Positions 17,054 to 25,094 of a DNA stretch of 25,094 nt are shown in pieces. Source of the DNA: Methanobacteriota archaeon (GTDB lineage Archaea > JAADCQ01 > Methanopyri > Methanopyrales > Methanopyraceae); NCBI GenBank assembly GCA_027064305.1, contig JAMOPY010000050.1, positions 1-25,094 of the forward strand, written 5' to 3'. Under the pieces are notes generated by a model that was not told where the DNA came from, ran no database searches, and worked only from the letters and a program-made list of their open reading frames with translations. The translations under genes and the position numbers were made by a program. How positions within the stretch are numbered: the stretch's first letter is position 1; every line of letters starts with the position of its first letter.

Positions 17054-18961
17054 ATGGAGATCGAGGTCAAGACCGAGCACGTGGTGCCGGACACGAGCGT
17101 CGTCGTGGACGGTCGTATCTCCCGGCTGGCCGAGGAGGGGTACCTGGAGGACAAGACCGTGGTGATCCCGCGGGCCGTGGTGGCCGAGCTGGAGTACCAG
17201 GCCAACCGCGGGCGCGAGACCGGGTTCGCGGGCCTCCGGGAGCTCCAGGAGCTCCAGCGGCTGGCCCGGGAGGGTATCATCAAGGTCGAGTTCGCGGGCG
17301 AGCGTCCCGGGCTCGAGGAGATCCGGCTGGCCCGGAGCGGCGAGATCGACGCGATGATCCGCGAGGTGGCGCGGGAGTACGACGCGACGCTGATCACCAG
17401 CGACAAGGTGCAGGCCGAGGCGGCCAAGGCGGAGGGGATCGAGGTCGTCTACTTCGAGCCGATCACGAGGACGGGCGAGACCGAGATCGAGCGGATGATG
17501 CCGGAGAACGCCATGTCCCTGCACCTCAAGGAGAACGTGCCCCCCAAGGCGAAGGTGGGGCGCCCGGGCGACTGGAAGCTCGTCGAGCTGCGGCCCGAGC
17601 CGTGCACGCGGGAGGAGCTCGAGCGATGGGCCCGGGAAATCATCGAGAAGGCGCACGCGGACGAGGACAGCTTCGTCGAGATCGACCGGGGCGGGGCCAC
17701 CGTCGTACAGCTGCGCGACCTCCGCGTTTCCATCGCGCGGCCCCCGTTTTCGGAGGGCTGGGAGATCACCGCGGTGCGGCCCGTGGTCAAGGTCACCCTG
17801 GACGACTACGACCTCTCGGACAAGCTGAAGCGGCGGCTGAAGGAGCGGGCGGAGGGCATCCTGGTCGCCGGCCCGCCCGGCTCGGGCAAGTCCACCTTCT
17901 GCGCGGCGCTCGCCGAGTTCTACGCCGAGCAGGGTAAGATCGTCAAGACCATGGAGAGCCCGAGGGACCTACAGGTGAGCGACGAGATCACGCAGTACGC
18001 CCCGCTGGAGGGGGACATGGAGAAGACCGCCGACATCCTCCTCCTCGTCCGCCCGGACTACACCATCTACGACGAGGTGCGCAAGACCCGGGACTTCGAG
18101 GTCTTCGCCGACATGCGGCTCGCCGGCGTGGGCATGATCGGCGTCGTGCACGCGACCCGACCCATCGACGCGATCCAGCGCCTCATCGGCCGCGTCGAGC
18201 TCGGACTCATCCCCCAGGTCGTCGACACGGTCATCTTCATCGAGGATGGCCAGATCAAGAAGGTGTACGACGTGTCCATGACCGTCAAGGTGCCCACCGG
18301 CATGACCGAGGAGGACCTCGCGCGCCCCGTCGTCGAGGTGCGCGACTTCGAGACCGGGGAGCTCGAGTACGAGATCTACACGTACGGCGAGGAGGTCTTC
18401 GTCGTCCCCGTCAAGGAGACCGAGGAGCGCGAGACCCCCTCCGAGCGCCTCGCGGCCGAGGTCATCGAGCGCGAGGTCCGCCGGTTCGTCGGCGGCCGGG
18501 TTCCCGTGGAGGTCGAGGTCAAGGGCTCCCAGGCCACCGTCTACGTGCCCGAGAACGTCGTGCCCATGGTCATCGGCAAGCGCGGCCGCAACGTCGAGCA
18601 GATCGAGCGGCGCACCGGTCTCAAGATCGTGGTCAAGCCGCTCGAGGAGCGCGAGGGAAAGGGGGAGGGAGAGGCCCCAAAGCCCCCGGGCCCCCAGCGG
18701 GCGGACGGAAGGGTGGTCGAGGTCGAGTCGGGCGAGGAGTTCCCGATGGAGGTCGTGGACGACGGTGAGTACATCCGGCTGCGCGTGGGCGAGCGGTTCG
18801 CGGGCCGACCCGTGAAGGTGTTCGTGGAGGACGAGTACGTGTTCACGGCCACCGTGGGCTCGAGCGGGGAGGTCCGGGTGAACAAGGAGACCTCCGTGGG
18901 CGAGCGGCTCGAGCGGGCGCTCCACCAGGGTCGGGAGATCCGGGTGCAGACGATCCCGTAA
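17054..18961 (+). CDS. PINA: PIN-domain + PilT/VirB11-type ATPase + KH domain protein
   Basis: PIN motif VPDTSVVVDG. Walker A GPPGSGKST, ESPRDL, TIYDEVR, DMRLAGVGMIGVVHA. KH motif VIGKRG. ATG at 17054 follows GGTG; the ORF track starts at 17045. Confidence 0.92.
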   Translation: MEIEVKTEHVVPDTSVVVDGRISRLAEEGYLEDKTVVIPRAVVAELEYQANRGRETGFAGLRELQELQRLAREGIIKVEFAGERPGLEEIRLARSGEIDAMIREVAREYDATLITSDKVQAEAAKAEGIEVVYFEPITRTGETEIERMMPENAMSLHLKENVPPKAKVGRPGDWKLVELRPEPCTREELERWAREIIEKAHADEDSFVEIDRGGATVVQLRDLRVSIARPPFSEGWEITAVRPVVKVTLDDYDLSDKLKRRLKERAEGILVAGPPGSGKSTFCAALAEFYAEQGKIVKTMESPRDLQVSDEITQYAPLEGDMEKTADILLLVRPDYTIYDEVRKTRDFEVFADMRLAGVGMIGVVHATRPIDAIQRLIGRVELGLIPQVVDTVIFIEDGQIKKVYDVSMTVKVPTGMTEEDLARPVVEVRDFETGELEYEIYTYGEEVFVVPVKETEERETPSERLAAEVIEREVRRFVGGRVPVEVEVKGSQATVYVPENVVPMVIGKRGRNVEQIERRTGLKIVVKPLEEREGKGEGEAPKPPGPQRADGRVVEVESGEEFPMEVVDDGEYIRLRVGERFAGRPVKVFVEDEYVFTATVGSSGEVRVNKETSVGERLERALHQGREIRVQTIP

Positions 18962-18963
18962 TC

Positions 18964-18972
18964 GTTTAGTAT
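18964..18972 (+). promoter_or_regulatory. Putative TATA box for tRNA-Ser
   Basis: An AT-rich TTTAGTA tract about 30 nt upstream of the tRNA 5' end at 19000, in a GC-rich background. Confidence 0.45.
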
Positions 18973-18999
18973 CCCCTCCAAAAGGACGGGCCCGGAGAC

Positions 19000-19090
19000 G
19001 CCGGGGCGGCCGAGCCCGGTCCAAGGCGCGGGATTGGAGATCCCGTGGCCCGTATGGGCCGCCCGGGTTCAAATCCCGGCCCCGGCGCCA
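19000..19090 (+). tRNA. tRNA-Ser(GGA), long variable arm, CCA encoded, C at position 8
   Basis: Acceptor GCCGGGG/CCCCGGC, G73, CCA. Anticodon arm CGGGA-TTGGAGA-TCCCG. Variable arm GGCCC-GTAT-GGGCC. T-arm CCGGG-TTCAAAT-CCCGG. Position 8 is at nt 19007. Confidence 0.97.
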
Positions 19091-19096
19091 GCCAGA

Positions 19097-19119
19097 ATCG
19101 TTACGAAAATCATAACGAT
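19097..19119. repeat. Palindromic element in the tRNA-Ser 3' trailer (copy 2 of 2)
   Basis: ATCGTTACG-AAAAT-CATAACGAT, starting 6 nt after the CCA. Confidence 0.75.
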
Positions 19120-19134
19120 ACGGCGGGAGCCGCG

Positions 19135-20424
19135 ATGGAGGTGCACAAGTTCGGCGGCACCTCCGTCTCCTCCGAGGAGGGACTCCGCACCCTCGAGGCC
19201 TCCGCCGCCTCGGGCAACGTCCTCGTCGTCTCCGCCCTCGCCGGGGTCACCGACGCCCTCGAACGCTTCCTCCACGACGCCTGCCGGGGCGCCGCGGACC
19301 CCGACCCCATCATCGACCGGCATGAGCGCTTCATCGCCGAGCACCTGGAGGAAGACCACCGAGAGGTCCGCGAGTTCCTGCGACAGATGCGCACGATCCT
19401 CGAGGGCGTCGCCCCCGTCCTCGAGCAACTGGAACGCCCCGAGGACCGCCTCCGAGACCTCGTCCTCTCCCTCGGAGAGCGCGCCTCCGCCCGACTCATC
19501 GCCGCCTACCTCCGCGAGCGGGGCATCCCCGCCCGCGCGTACGACGCCTGGGAACTGGGCCTCATCACCAACGACCGGCCCGGCAACGCGGACATCATCC
19601 GCTGGGAGGGCACCCGCTCCAAGCTACTGAGGGACCTCAGGGCCGGCCGCATCCCCGTCGTCACCGGCTTCATCGGCCGCTCCGAGCGCGGTCACATCAC
19701 CACCCTGGGCCGCGGCGGCTCCGACTACACGGCCACCATCCTCGCCGGCATCCTGGGCACCCGAGCCCTGATCTGGACCGACGTCGACGGGATCATGACC
19801 ACCGACCCCGACCTCACCGAGGCCCGCGTCGTCGAACGCCTCTCCTACGACGAGGCCATGATGGCCGGCGCCTCCGGGGCCGAGGTCATCCACCCCAAGG
19901 CCGTCGAGGCCGCTAAGAACCTCGAGGTGAAGATCCTCATCGGCAACTCCCACACGGCCACCGTGGGCACGCTGATCTCCGAGAAGACCGAACCCGGACC
20001 CAAGGTCGTCGCCGCCCGCGAGGACGTCGCCCTCATCCAGATCACCGGCGCCCGCATGATGGACGAGCCCGGCGTCATCGGCGCCGTCACCACCCGACTC
20101 GGCGACCACGACGTCAACATCCTCGCCCTCCTTACCACCGCCTCCGAACCCCGCATCAACATCCTCATCGAGGAGGGGGAGGTGGACCGAGCCCGCGAGG
20201 CCCTCCGCCACCTCGACTACGAGTGCAAGGTACGGGAGGACGTGGGCCTCGTCACCGTCGTCGGCGAGGGCATGTCCCACCAGGACGTGTCCACGTTCCT
20301 CGCCTCCTGCCCCGGGTTCGAGCTACTGGGCAGCGCCTACGGGGCCGTCGCCGTCAGCGTCGCGGTCCCCCGCGAGCACACCTCCCGCACCGCCCGCGCC
20401 CTCGCCGAAGCCCTCCTAGGCTGA
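19135..20424 (+). CDS. lysC: Aspartate kinase
   Basis: VHKFGGTSV, VVSALAGVTD.L, SLGER.SA, TTLGRGGSDYTA, WTDVDGIMTTDP and C-terminal ACT domains. ATG at 19135. Confidence 0.95.
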   Translation: MEVHKFGGTSVSSEEGLRTLEASAASGNVLVVSALAGVTDALERFLHDACRGAADPDPIIDRHERFIAEHLEEDHREVREFLRQMRTILEGVAPVLEQLERPEDRLRDLVLSLGERASARLIAAYLRERGIPARAYDAWELGLITNDRPGNADIIRWEGTRSKLLRDLRAGRIPVVTGFIGRSERGHITTLGRGGSDYTATILAGILGTRALIWTDVDGIMTTDPDLTEARVVERLSYDEAMMAGASGAEVIHPKAVEAAKNLEVKILIGNSHTATVGTLISEKTEPGPKVVAAREDVALIQITGARMMDEPGVIGAVTTRLGDHDVNILALLTTASEPRINILIEEGEVDRAREALRHLDYECKVREDVGLVTVVGEGMSHQDVSTFLASCPGFELLGSAYGAVAVSVAVPREHTSRTARALAEALLG

Positions 20425-23400
20425 CTACCAGCGCGGCCCCCGGGCGACCACCCCGCGCCTCGCGGCCACCCACCCCGACACGATCAGCACCGTGAGCACC
20501 AGCGCCAGCACCCACTCCCAGATCCTGCGCACCGACGAGGCGGCCTGAGCCGCCGCCCTCGATAGCGTGCTGGCCGCCCTCGCCGCCGCCTTCCCGCTCG
20601 CCGCCGACCTCCCGACGGCGCCCCGGGCCGCCGAGACCGACCCGACCGCCGAGGCGCGGGAGACCGAACCCGACGAACCGGCCGCGCCACCGCCGACCCG
20701 ACCCGCACTCAGCCGACCGGAGATCGGGGCCCCACGGACGCCGATCGTCACCGTCCGGCCCCCACGACCACCCAGACCCGAGCCCGCGCGACCCGACGGC
20801 CCCGAGGCCCCACCGGAGACACTCACCGACCCGGCCCGAACGACCGCCCGGACCGCCGTCGTGACCGCCTGAGCCGCCGCACCGAGGGCCGAGCGGAAGG
20901 ACGAGGACGGGGACAGCCGCGCCGCCGATCCCGGGGACCCACCACGGGCCCGGGCCACCCCGTGCCTCCCGACGGCCGTGGGGGCGACCCCGGAGGGACC
21001 GGACCGAGCGCCCTGAACCGAGGCGCTCCGGGCTCCCGGTGACGCGGACCCGGGGGCGGCCGTTCCGGGCCGGCCGTACCTCCGCAGCACCTCCCTCAGC
21101 AGGGAGCGGATCTGCCGCACGATCTCCGGGTTATCCAGCCGCCGGTACCACTCCAACACCCGGTTCACCAGGCCCGCGACCTCCGAGTACGAGTACCCCG
21201 CCTCCAGCAGGACCCGGACGGCGTACGCGACCAGGGCCGGGTTCGGGCTCGTGTGGTGGCACGTGGCTGGTCCGTGCCGGGCCATGACCCGCAGCAGCGT
21301 CTGGGCCACCCTGACCAGCACGGAGCGGTCCCGAGGTTGCCAGACGCCCAGCCGGGCCAGCTCCACGAACCAGGCCAGGGAGGAGACGACCGACGCCCAC
21401 CCGTACTCCGTGCTCGGCGGATGCCTTGAGAGCTCCTCCAGCAGCCGGCTCGCCACCCGGGTGTACAGCCCGTTGAGCGGGGCGCGCAGGGACGGGACGG
21501 TGATCCCCCAGCCGGCCAGGAACTCGATCCGACGGGCGACGCGTGACCACCCGTAGTCCCCGTGCCGAAGCATCGCGTTCCACCAGGACGGGCTCAGCAG
21601 CTTGGTGTAGACCTCGCCCGCCAGCTGCTCGAACGCGGACCGGGTGCGGGCCGCGGTCGGGTCGATCGCGTTGGCGATGTACACCTCCGGGGCGCGCCCG
21701 GAGGCGAACGTGGCGTACAGGGCCATCCCGCCCACCCAGTCGTAGAAGTCGTCCGTGTCGATCAGGCCCCAGGTGTTCACCACGCTGTGCACCACGGCCC
21801 GCACCTTGGACATGAGGTACCGGAACGCGGTGACCGACGGGATCGCGTGGTACACCTCGCCCGTGCTCGTCCGCAGCACCATCACACGGACCCGCTCGCC
21901 CTGACGCACGACCACGATCCGCGCCCGCGCCGAGTACACGTACGCCATCCGCGCCTCGCACGCCTCCCGGAACCGCTCCCAGAACCGCTCCTGGAACCGC
22001 CGCAGCGCCTCCGAGGGACCCTCGAGCACCCCCACGGTCCCCGACACGTCCGTCCACGCGTGCTCCACCACGTCCGAGGCGCCCGCCCCCGTGAAGACCC
22101 CCGGCGGCTGCGCGAAGTACCCGCTGGAGGCGATCACGTCCGCCAGCTCCCGCGCCTCCCGGGCCGAGTAACCCAACCGCCGCAGCTCCTCCTCCACCCG
22201 GGGCCTCAGCTCCAGGTAGTGCCGCCGACGGTAGTTCAGCTCCGACGGCTCGTCCACGTGCGAGACCAGGTAGAACGCGTCGGCGAGCAGCTTCAACGGC
22301 GCCTCCATGTGCAGCGCGGCCCACACGACCACGTCGATCCGCGGCCGGCGGAGCCACCGCCCGTCCACCCGCACCCTCAGATCCCGCAGCGGGATCAGCT
22401 CCACCCCGATCACCCGACCCGAGTCCGGATCCCACACCGGGCGCACGCCCAGCAGGTACAGCGCCATCGCGATGTTCAGCCCGCCCGTGCAGAGCTCGTG
22501 CACGCCCCAGATCACCACGCCGACGGCCTCCGGCCAGGACCGGTGCTCCCGGTAGTACCGGGCCAGGAACTCATCCACCAGCCGCTTGGCCACCTCCCAC
22601 GCCTCCGGCGTCGGCAGCATGTTAGGATCGATCGGGTACCCGTCCCGACCCGTGGGCAGCACGGCCGGGTTCCACATCGGCTCCCCCAGCAACCCCGGCG
22701 GCACGAACCGCCCGTCCAACCCCCGGAGCAGGTGCTCCAGCTCCGACTCCCCCGACCGCAGGTAGTGCGCGTAGATCCGGTAGACCCGGGCCGCGGCCTC
22801 CGCGAGCAGGTGCTCGTACTCCCGATCCTCCCGCACCGCCCCGAACGTCTCTAACACCGCCCGCCGGGCCAGCTCCACCAACCGATCCCGGAAGCCCCGG
22901 AACGCCCGGGTCGCGGGGTTGGTGAGCCGGGGCCGCCACCCGTAGTACTCCTCCAGATCCTTCCACCGAACGTACTCGTCCAGTCCCCTCACCAGGCCCG
23001 GATCCAGCAGGATCTCCCGGAGCAGCCGGGCGAGGCACTCCCTCAGCCGCCGCTTGAACCCGGCGAACGCGTCCGGGTGCTCCGCCCGAAACCGCTCCAG
23101 CTCGCCCGGATCCGGCTGCTCGATCAGGCCCGCGTAGTAGGCGAACACGGCGTTCACGTCCGGCATCGAGGAGGCCAGCACGCCCGCCTCCCGGATCGCC
23201 GCCTCCCGGTCCGGGCCCCGACCGTACACGTGCAACCCGTACGCCACGTTGCTCAGCGCCAGGTCCAGCAGGAAGTCGTGCAGCTTGCTCACGAACTCGT
23301 CGAAGTGCTCGAGCGCCCACCGCCTCGGGTCCCGAGCCGCACCACCCCGCTCCGACAGGATCGCGTCGACCACGGTCCGCAGCAGCCCCAACCGACCCGC

Positions 23401-25092
23401 CTCCTCCACGATCCTCTCCCGAAGCTCGCCCAGCATCCTCGGGTCTCCGCCGATCATCCGCAGCTGCAGGTAGCGCGTGACCTCGCGCCACAGCCGATCG
23501 TACCGCTCGAAGTCCCGGAAGTAGCTCCAGGCCGGGGGCAGGTGGGTCAGCAGCACCGGGCCCGACCGGTACTTGGCGACCATGGCCTCGCCCGGGTTGC
23601 TGACGATGTAGATGTAGAAGTGCGGAACGTCCGGCAGCAGCACGTGCGGCCAGTCCACCCCCAGCAGCCCCACCTGGTGCCCCGGCAGCCACTCCAGCGT
23701 CCCGTGCGTGCCCACGTGCACCACCGCGTCCGCCCGGAACACGCGCCGCAACCACTCGTACGCCGCGATGTACTGCCACTGAGGCGGCAGGTCCGGCGAA
23801 TGGTACACGAGCTCCGGGGAGCCCGACCAGCCCCGCACGGGCTGCAGCGTGATCACCACGTTCCCCAGCCGGAGCGCCGGGATCACATAGTACCGATCCC
23901 ACCGCATGATCCCCCGGTTGTCCGACGGCGGCCCGAAGCGCTCCTCCACCGCCCGCATCCACCGCTCCAACGCCTCCCGCGCCCGCCGCACCCGCTCGTC
24001 GTCACCCCGCAGCAGGGACAGGTAGTACCGGAACCGGGAGAGCACGTCCTCCCGGTACCACCGCTCGAGCTCCTCCACGGGCACCAGCCGATCCGGCCCC
24101 ACCGTCCCCAGCACGTACGAGCGCCCGTCCACGTCCACCCAGACCACCCGACCGCCCTCCACGATGACCCTCATCTCACCCGACTTCCAGCGAATCGCGC
24201 GCTCGGCGCGCCCACCCCGGTACAGCCGGACCATCCCCGCGAGCTCACCCTTCGCCCACGGACCCACGTTCTTCAGCACCAGGTCCGCGGCCTCCATCAG
24301 GGCGTGCGCGAGCCGATCCTCGAACGCCTCCGCCTCCCTAGGATCCCGACGCCGCAGCTCCACCACCCGGCGGAACACCTCCCCCGCCGGCCCCAGATCG
24401 TACCCCCGCTCCACCATGGCCGCCAGCACGTTGATCAGCGAGCGGAACACGTCCAGGTACGCGGCCCCGATCGCGTCCCGACCCGGCGGGTAACAGTAGA
24501 GCACGAACGCCACCCGCTTCCGCGACTCCGGCAGGTACCGCAACCGCACGAACCCGACCACCAGCCGGGCCAGATCCCGCACCATGTCCCGCAGCGGAAA
24601 GACGCTCATCCGATCCGACCGCTTCAGCGCGCACAGCTTGAACCAGAACGCGCCCTCCGCCTCCGGACCCCCGATCACCTGATAACCCCACTCGAACACG
24701 GCCCCCACGAGCCCCGAGTTCGGCGCATCCTTCTCCAGATCCAGGTAGTGCCAGGGCTCGCAGGCCCAGTCCGACCAGAACGGGTACACCACCTTGATCA
24801 CGGGCGCGTCCAGCTCCCGGAGCGCCCACGCGGCCGAGTACGGGTAGTTCATCGTGAACGCCCACAACGAGACGACCGCCGCCACCTCGTACCCCAACCG
24901 CCGCAGCTCCTGCAGCACCCCACGACCCTCGAAGTCCACCGGCGGGACCACGTTCCCGTCGCACAGCAGGGCCACCACGCCCACGTCCCGCAGCCCGGAC
25001 CGCGCCAGCTCCCCCCGGATCTCCTCCACCACCCGCTCCACCAGCCCCGACTCACCCTTGTAAAGGGCGTCAACGTAACCGAGCACCACCAC
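20425..25092 (-). CDS. CobN/Mg-chelatase H-subunit-like protein with a low-complexity linker and C-terminal TM anchor (5' end lies outside the window)
   Basis: YCYPPG...IGAAYLDVF.SL, QPVRG, PP..QYIAAY.WL, ADAVVHVGTHGTLEWLPG, GLHVYG, LPTGR, LLGVRPVWD, RPRIDV and DTDDFY. Ser/Gly/Ala/Arg-rich stretch followed by WEWVLALVLTVLIVSGWVAARR. Confidence 0.9.
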   Translation of the reverse strand: MVVLGYVDALYKGESGLVERVVEEIRGELARSGLRDVGVVALLCDGNVVPPVDFEGRGVLQELRRLGYEVAAVVSLWAFTMNYPYSAAWALRELDAPVIKVVYPFWSDWACEPWHYLDLEKDAPNSGLVGAVFEWGYQVIGGPEAEGAFWFKLCALKRSDRMSVFPLRDMVRDLARLVVGFVRLRYLPESRKRVAFVLYCYPPGRDAIGAAYLDVFRSLINVLAAMVERGYDLGPAGEVFRRVVELRRRDPREAEAFEDRLAHALMEAADLVLKNVGPWAKGELAGMVRLYRGGRAERAIRWKSGEMRVIVEGGRVVWVDVDGRSYVLGTVGPDRLVPVEELERWYREDVLSRFRYYLSLLRGDDERVRRAREALERWMRAVEERFGPPSDNRGIMRWDRYYVIPALRLGNVVITLQPVRGWSGSPELVYHSPDLPPQWQYIAAYEWLRRVFRADAVVHVGTHGTLEWLPGHQVGLLGVDWPHVLLPDVPHFYIYIVSNPGEAMVAKYRSGPVLLTHLPPAWSYFRDFERYDRLWREVTRYLQLRMIGGDPRMLGELRERIVEEAGRLGLLRTVVDAILSERGGAARDPRRWALEHFDEFVSKLHDFLLDLALSNVAYGLHVYGRGPDREAAIREAGVLASSMPDVNAVFAYYAGLIEQPDPGELERFRAEHPDAFAGFKRRLRECLARLLREILLDPGLVRGLDEYVRWKDLEEYYGWRPRLTNPATRAFRGFRDRLVELARRAVLETFGAVREDREYEHLLAEAAARVYRIYAHYLRSGESELEHLLRGLDGRFVPPGLLGEPMWNPAVLPTGRDGYPIDPNMLPTPEAWEVAKRLVDEFLARYYREHRSWPEAVGVVIWGVHELCTGGLNIAMALYLLGVRPVWDPDSGRVIGVELIPLRDLRVRVDGRWLRRPRIDVVVWAALHMEAPLKLLADAFYLVSHVDEPSELNYRRRHYLELRPRVEEELRRLGYSAREARELADVIASSGYFAQPPGVFTGAGASDVVEHAWTDVSGTVGVLEGPSEALRRFQERFWERFREACEARMAYVYSARARIVVVRQGERVRVMVLRTSTGEVYHAIPSVTAFRYLMSKVRAVVHSVVNTWGLIDTDDFYDWVGGMALYATFASGRAPEVYIANAIDPTAARTRSAFEQLAGEVYTKLLSPSWWNAMLRHGDYGWSRVARRIEFLAGWGITVPSLRAPLNGLYTRVASRLLEELSRHPPSTEYGWASVVSSLAWFVELARLGVWQPRDRSVLVRVAQTLLRVMARHGPATCHHTSPNPALVAYAVRVLLEAGYSYSEVAGLVNRVLEWYRRLDNPEIVRQIRSLLREVLRRYGRPGTAAPGSASPGARSASVQGARSGPSGVAPTAVGRHGVARARGGSPGSAARLSPSSSFRSALGAAAQAVTTAVRAVVRAGSVSVSGGASGPSGRAGSGLGGRGGRTVTIGVRGAPISGRLSAGRVGGGAAGSSGSVSRASAVGSVSAARGAVGRSAASGKAAARAASTLSRAAAQAASSVRRIWEWVLALVLTVLIVSGWVAARRGVVARGPRW

Positions 25093-25094
25093 CA

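Noticed and set aside
17000-17055. Second minus-strand ATGATGAGCAC, matching the start of the C/D sRNA
   Set aside because: No D', C' or CTGA box at the expected spacing. It is explained by the PINA start region (CTC ATC ATG).
15333-18961. PIN domain as a toxin or defence system
   Set aside because: It is the conserved PINA ATPase, in an ordinary housekeeping context next to hisS-hisI, with no antitoxin nearby.
11713-19079. 17-nt inverted repeat (CCGGGTTCAAATCCCGG) flanking about 7.4 kb, as att sites or an invertible segment
   Set aside because: These are the T-arms of two complete tRNAs. There is no integrase, and the enclosed genes are housekeeping.
20560-21070. Repetitive-looking C-rich stretch as a tandem repeat or CRISPR
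   Set aside because: No fixed-period repeat or spacer structure. It encodes the low-complexity linker of the CobN-like protein.
5334-23962. Many long alternative-frame ORFs (for example 6693..8735, 12172..13833, 13844..15286, 21131..22435)
   Set aside because: Arg/Gly/Pro- or His/Leu-rich shadow ORFs overlapping well-supported genes, as expected in high-GC DNA.

Overview
About 25 kb of very GC-rich archaeal chromosome, almost certainly from a Methanopyrus-lineage hyperthermophilic methanogen. Both tRNA genes encode C instead of U at position 8 and an encoded CCA. GTG/TTG starts are frequent and genes are tightly packed or overlapping. The content is mainly housekeeping: hom and an ACT regulator, srp19, hemD, cobA, hypA/hypB/hypE, rps8e, moaA, an RsmB/NOP2 methyltransferase, hisS-hisI-PINA, lysC and a 5'-truncated membrane-anchored CobN-like protein. 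Reading the DNA adds features that the ORF track misses: tRNA-Tyr(GTA), tRNA-Ser(GGA) and an intergenic dual-guide box C/D sRNA. The most interesting unexplained signals are four. (1) A shared 21-nt palindrome starts exactly 6 nt after the CCA of both tRNA genes. (2) A strong strand-skew gradient, independent of gene orientation, runs from G/T-rich on the left to C/A-rich on the right. (3) Two candidate pseudomurein/envelope enzymes are present: a secreted C39/papain-like peptidase and a membrane-anchored VanW-like protein. (4) A K+-channel/RCK/3H fusion has a non-canonical filter. No mobile element or CRISPR array was seen. All calls come from motif recognition by eye; no searches were run.
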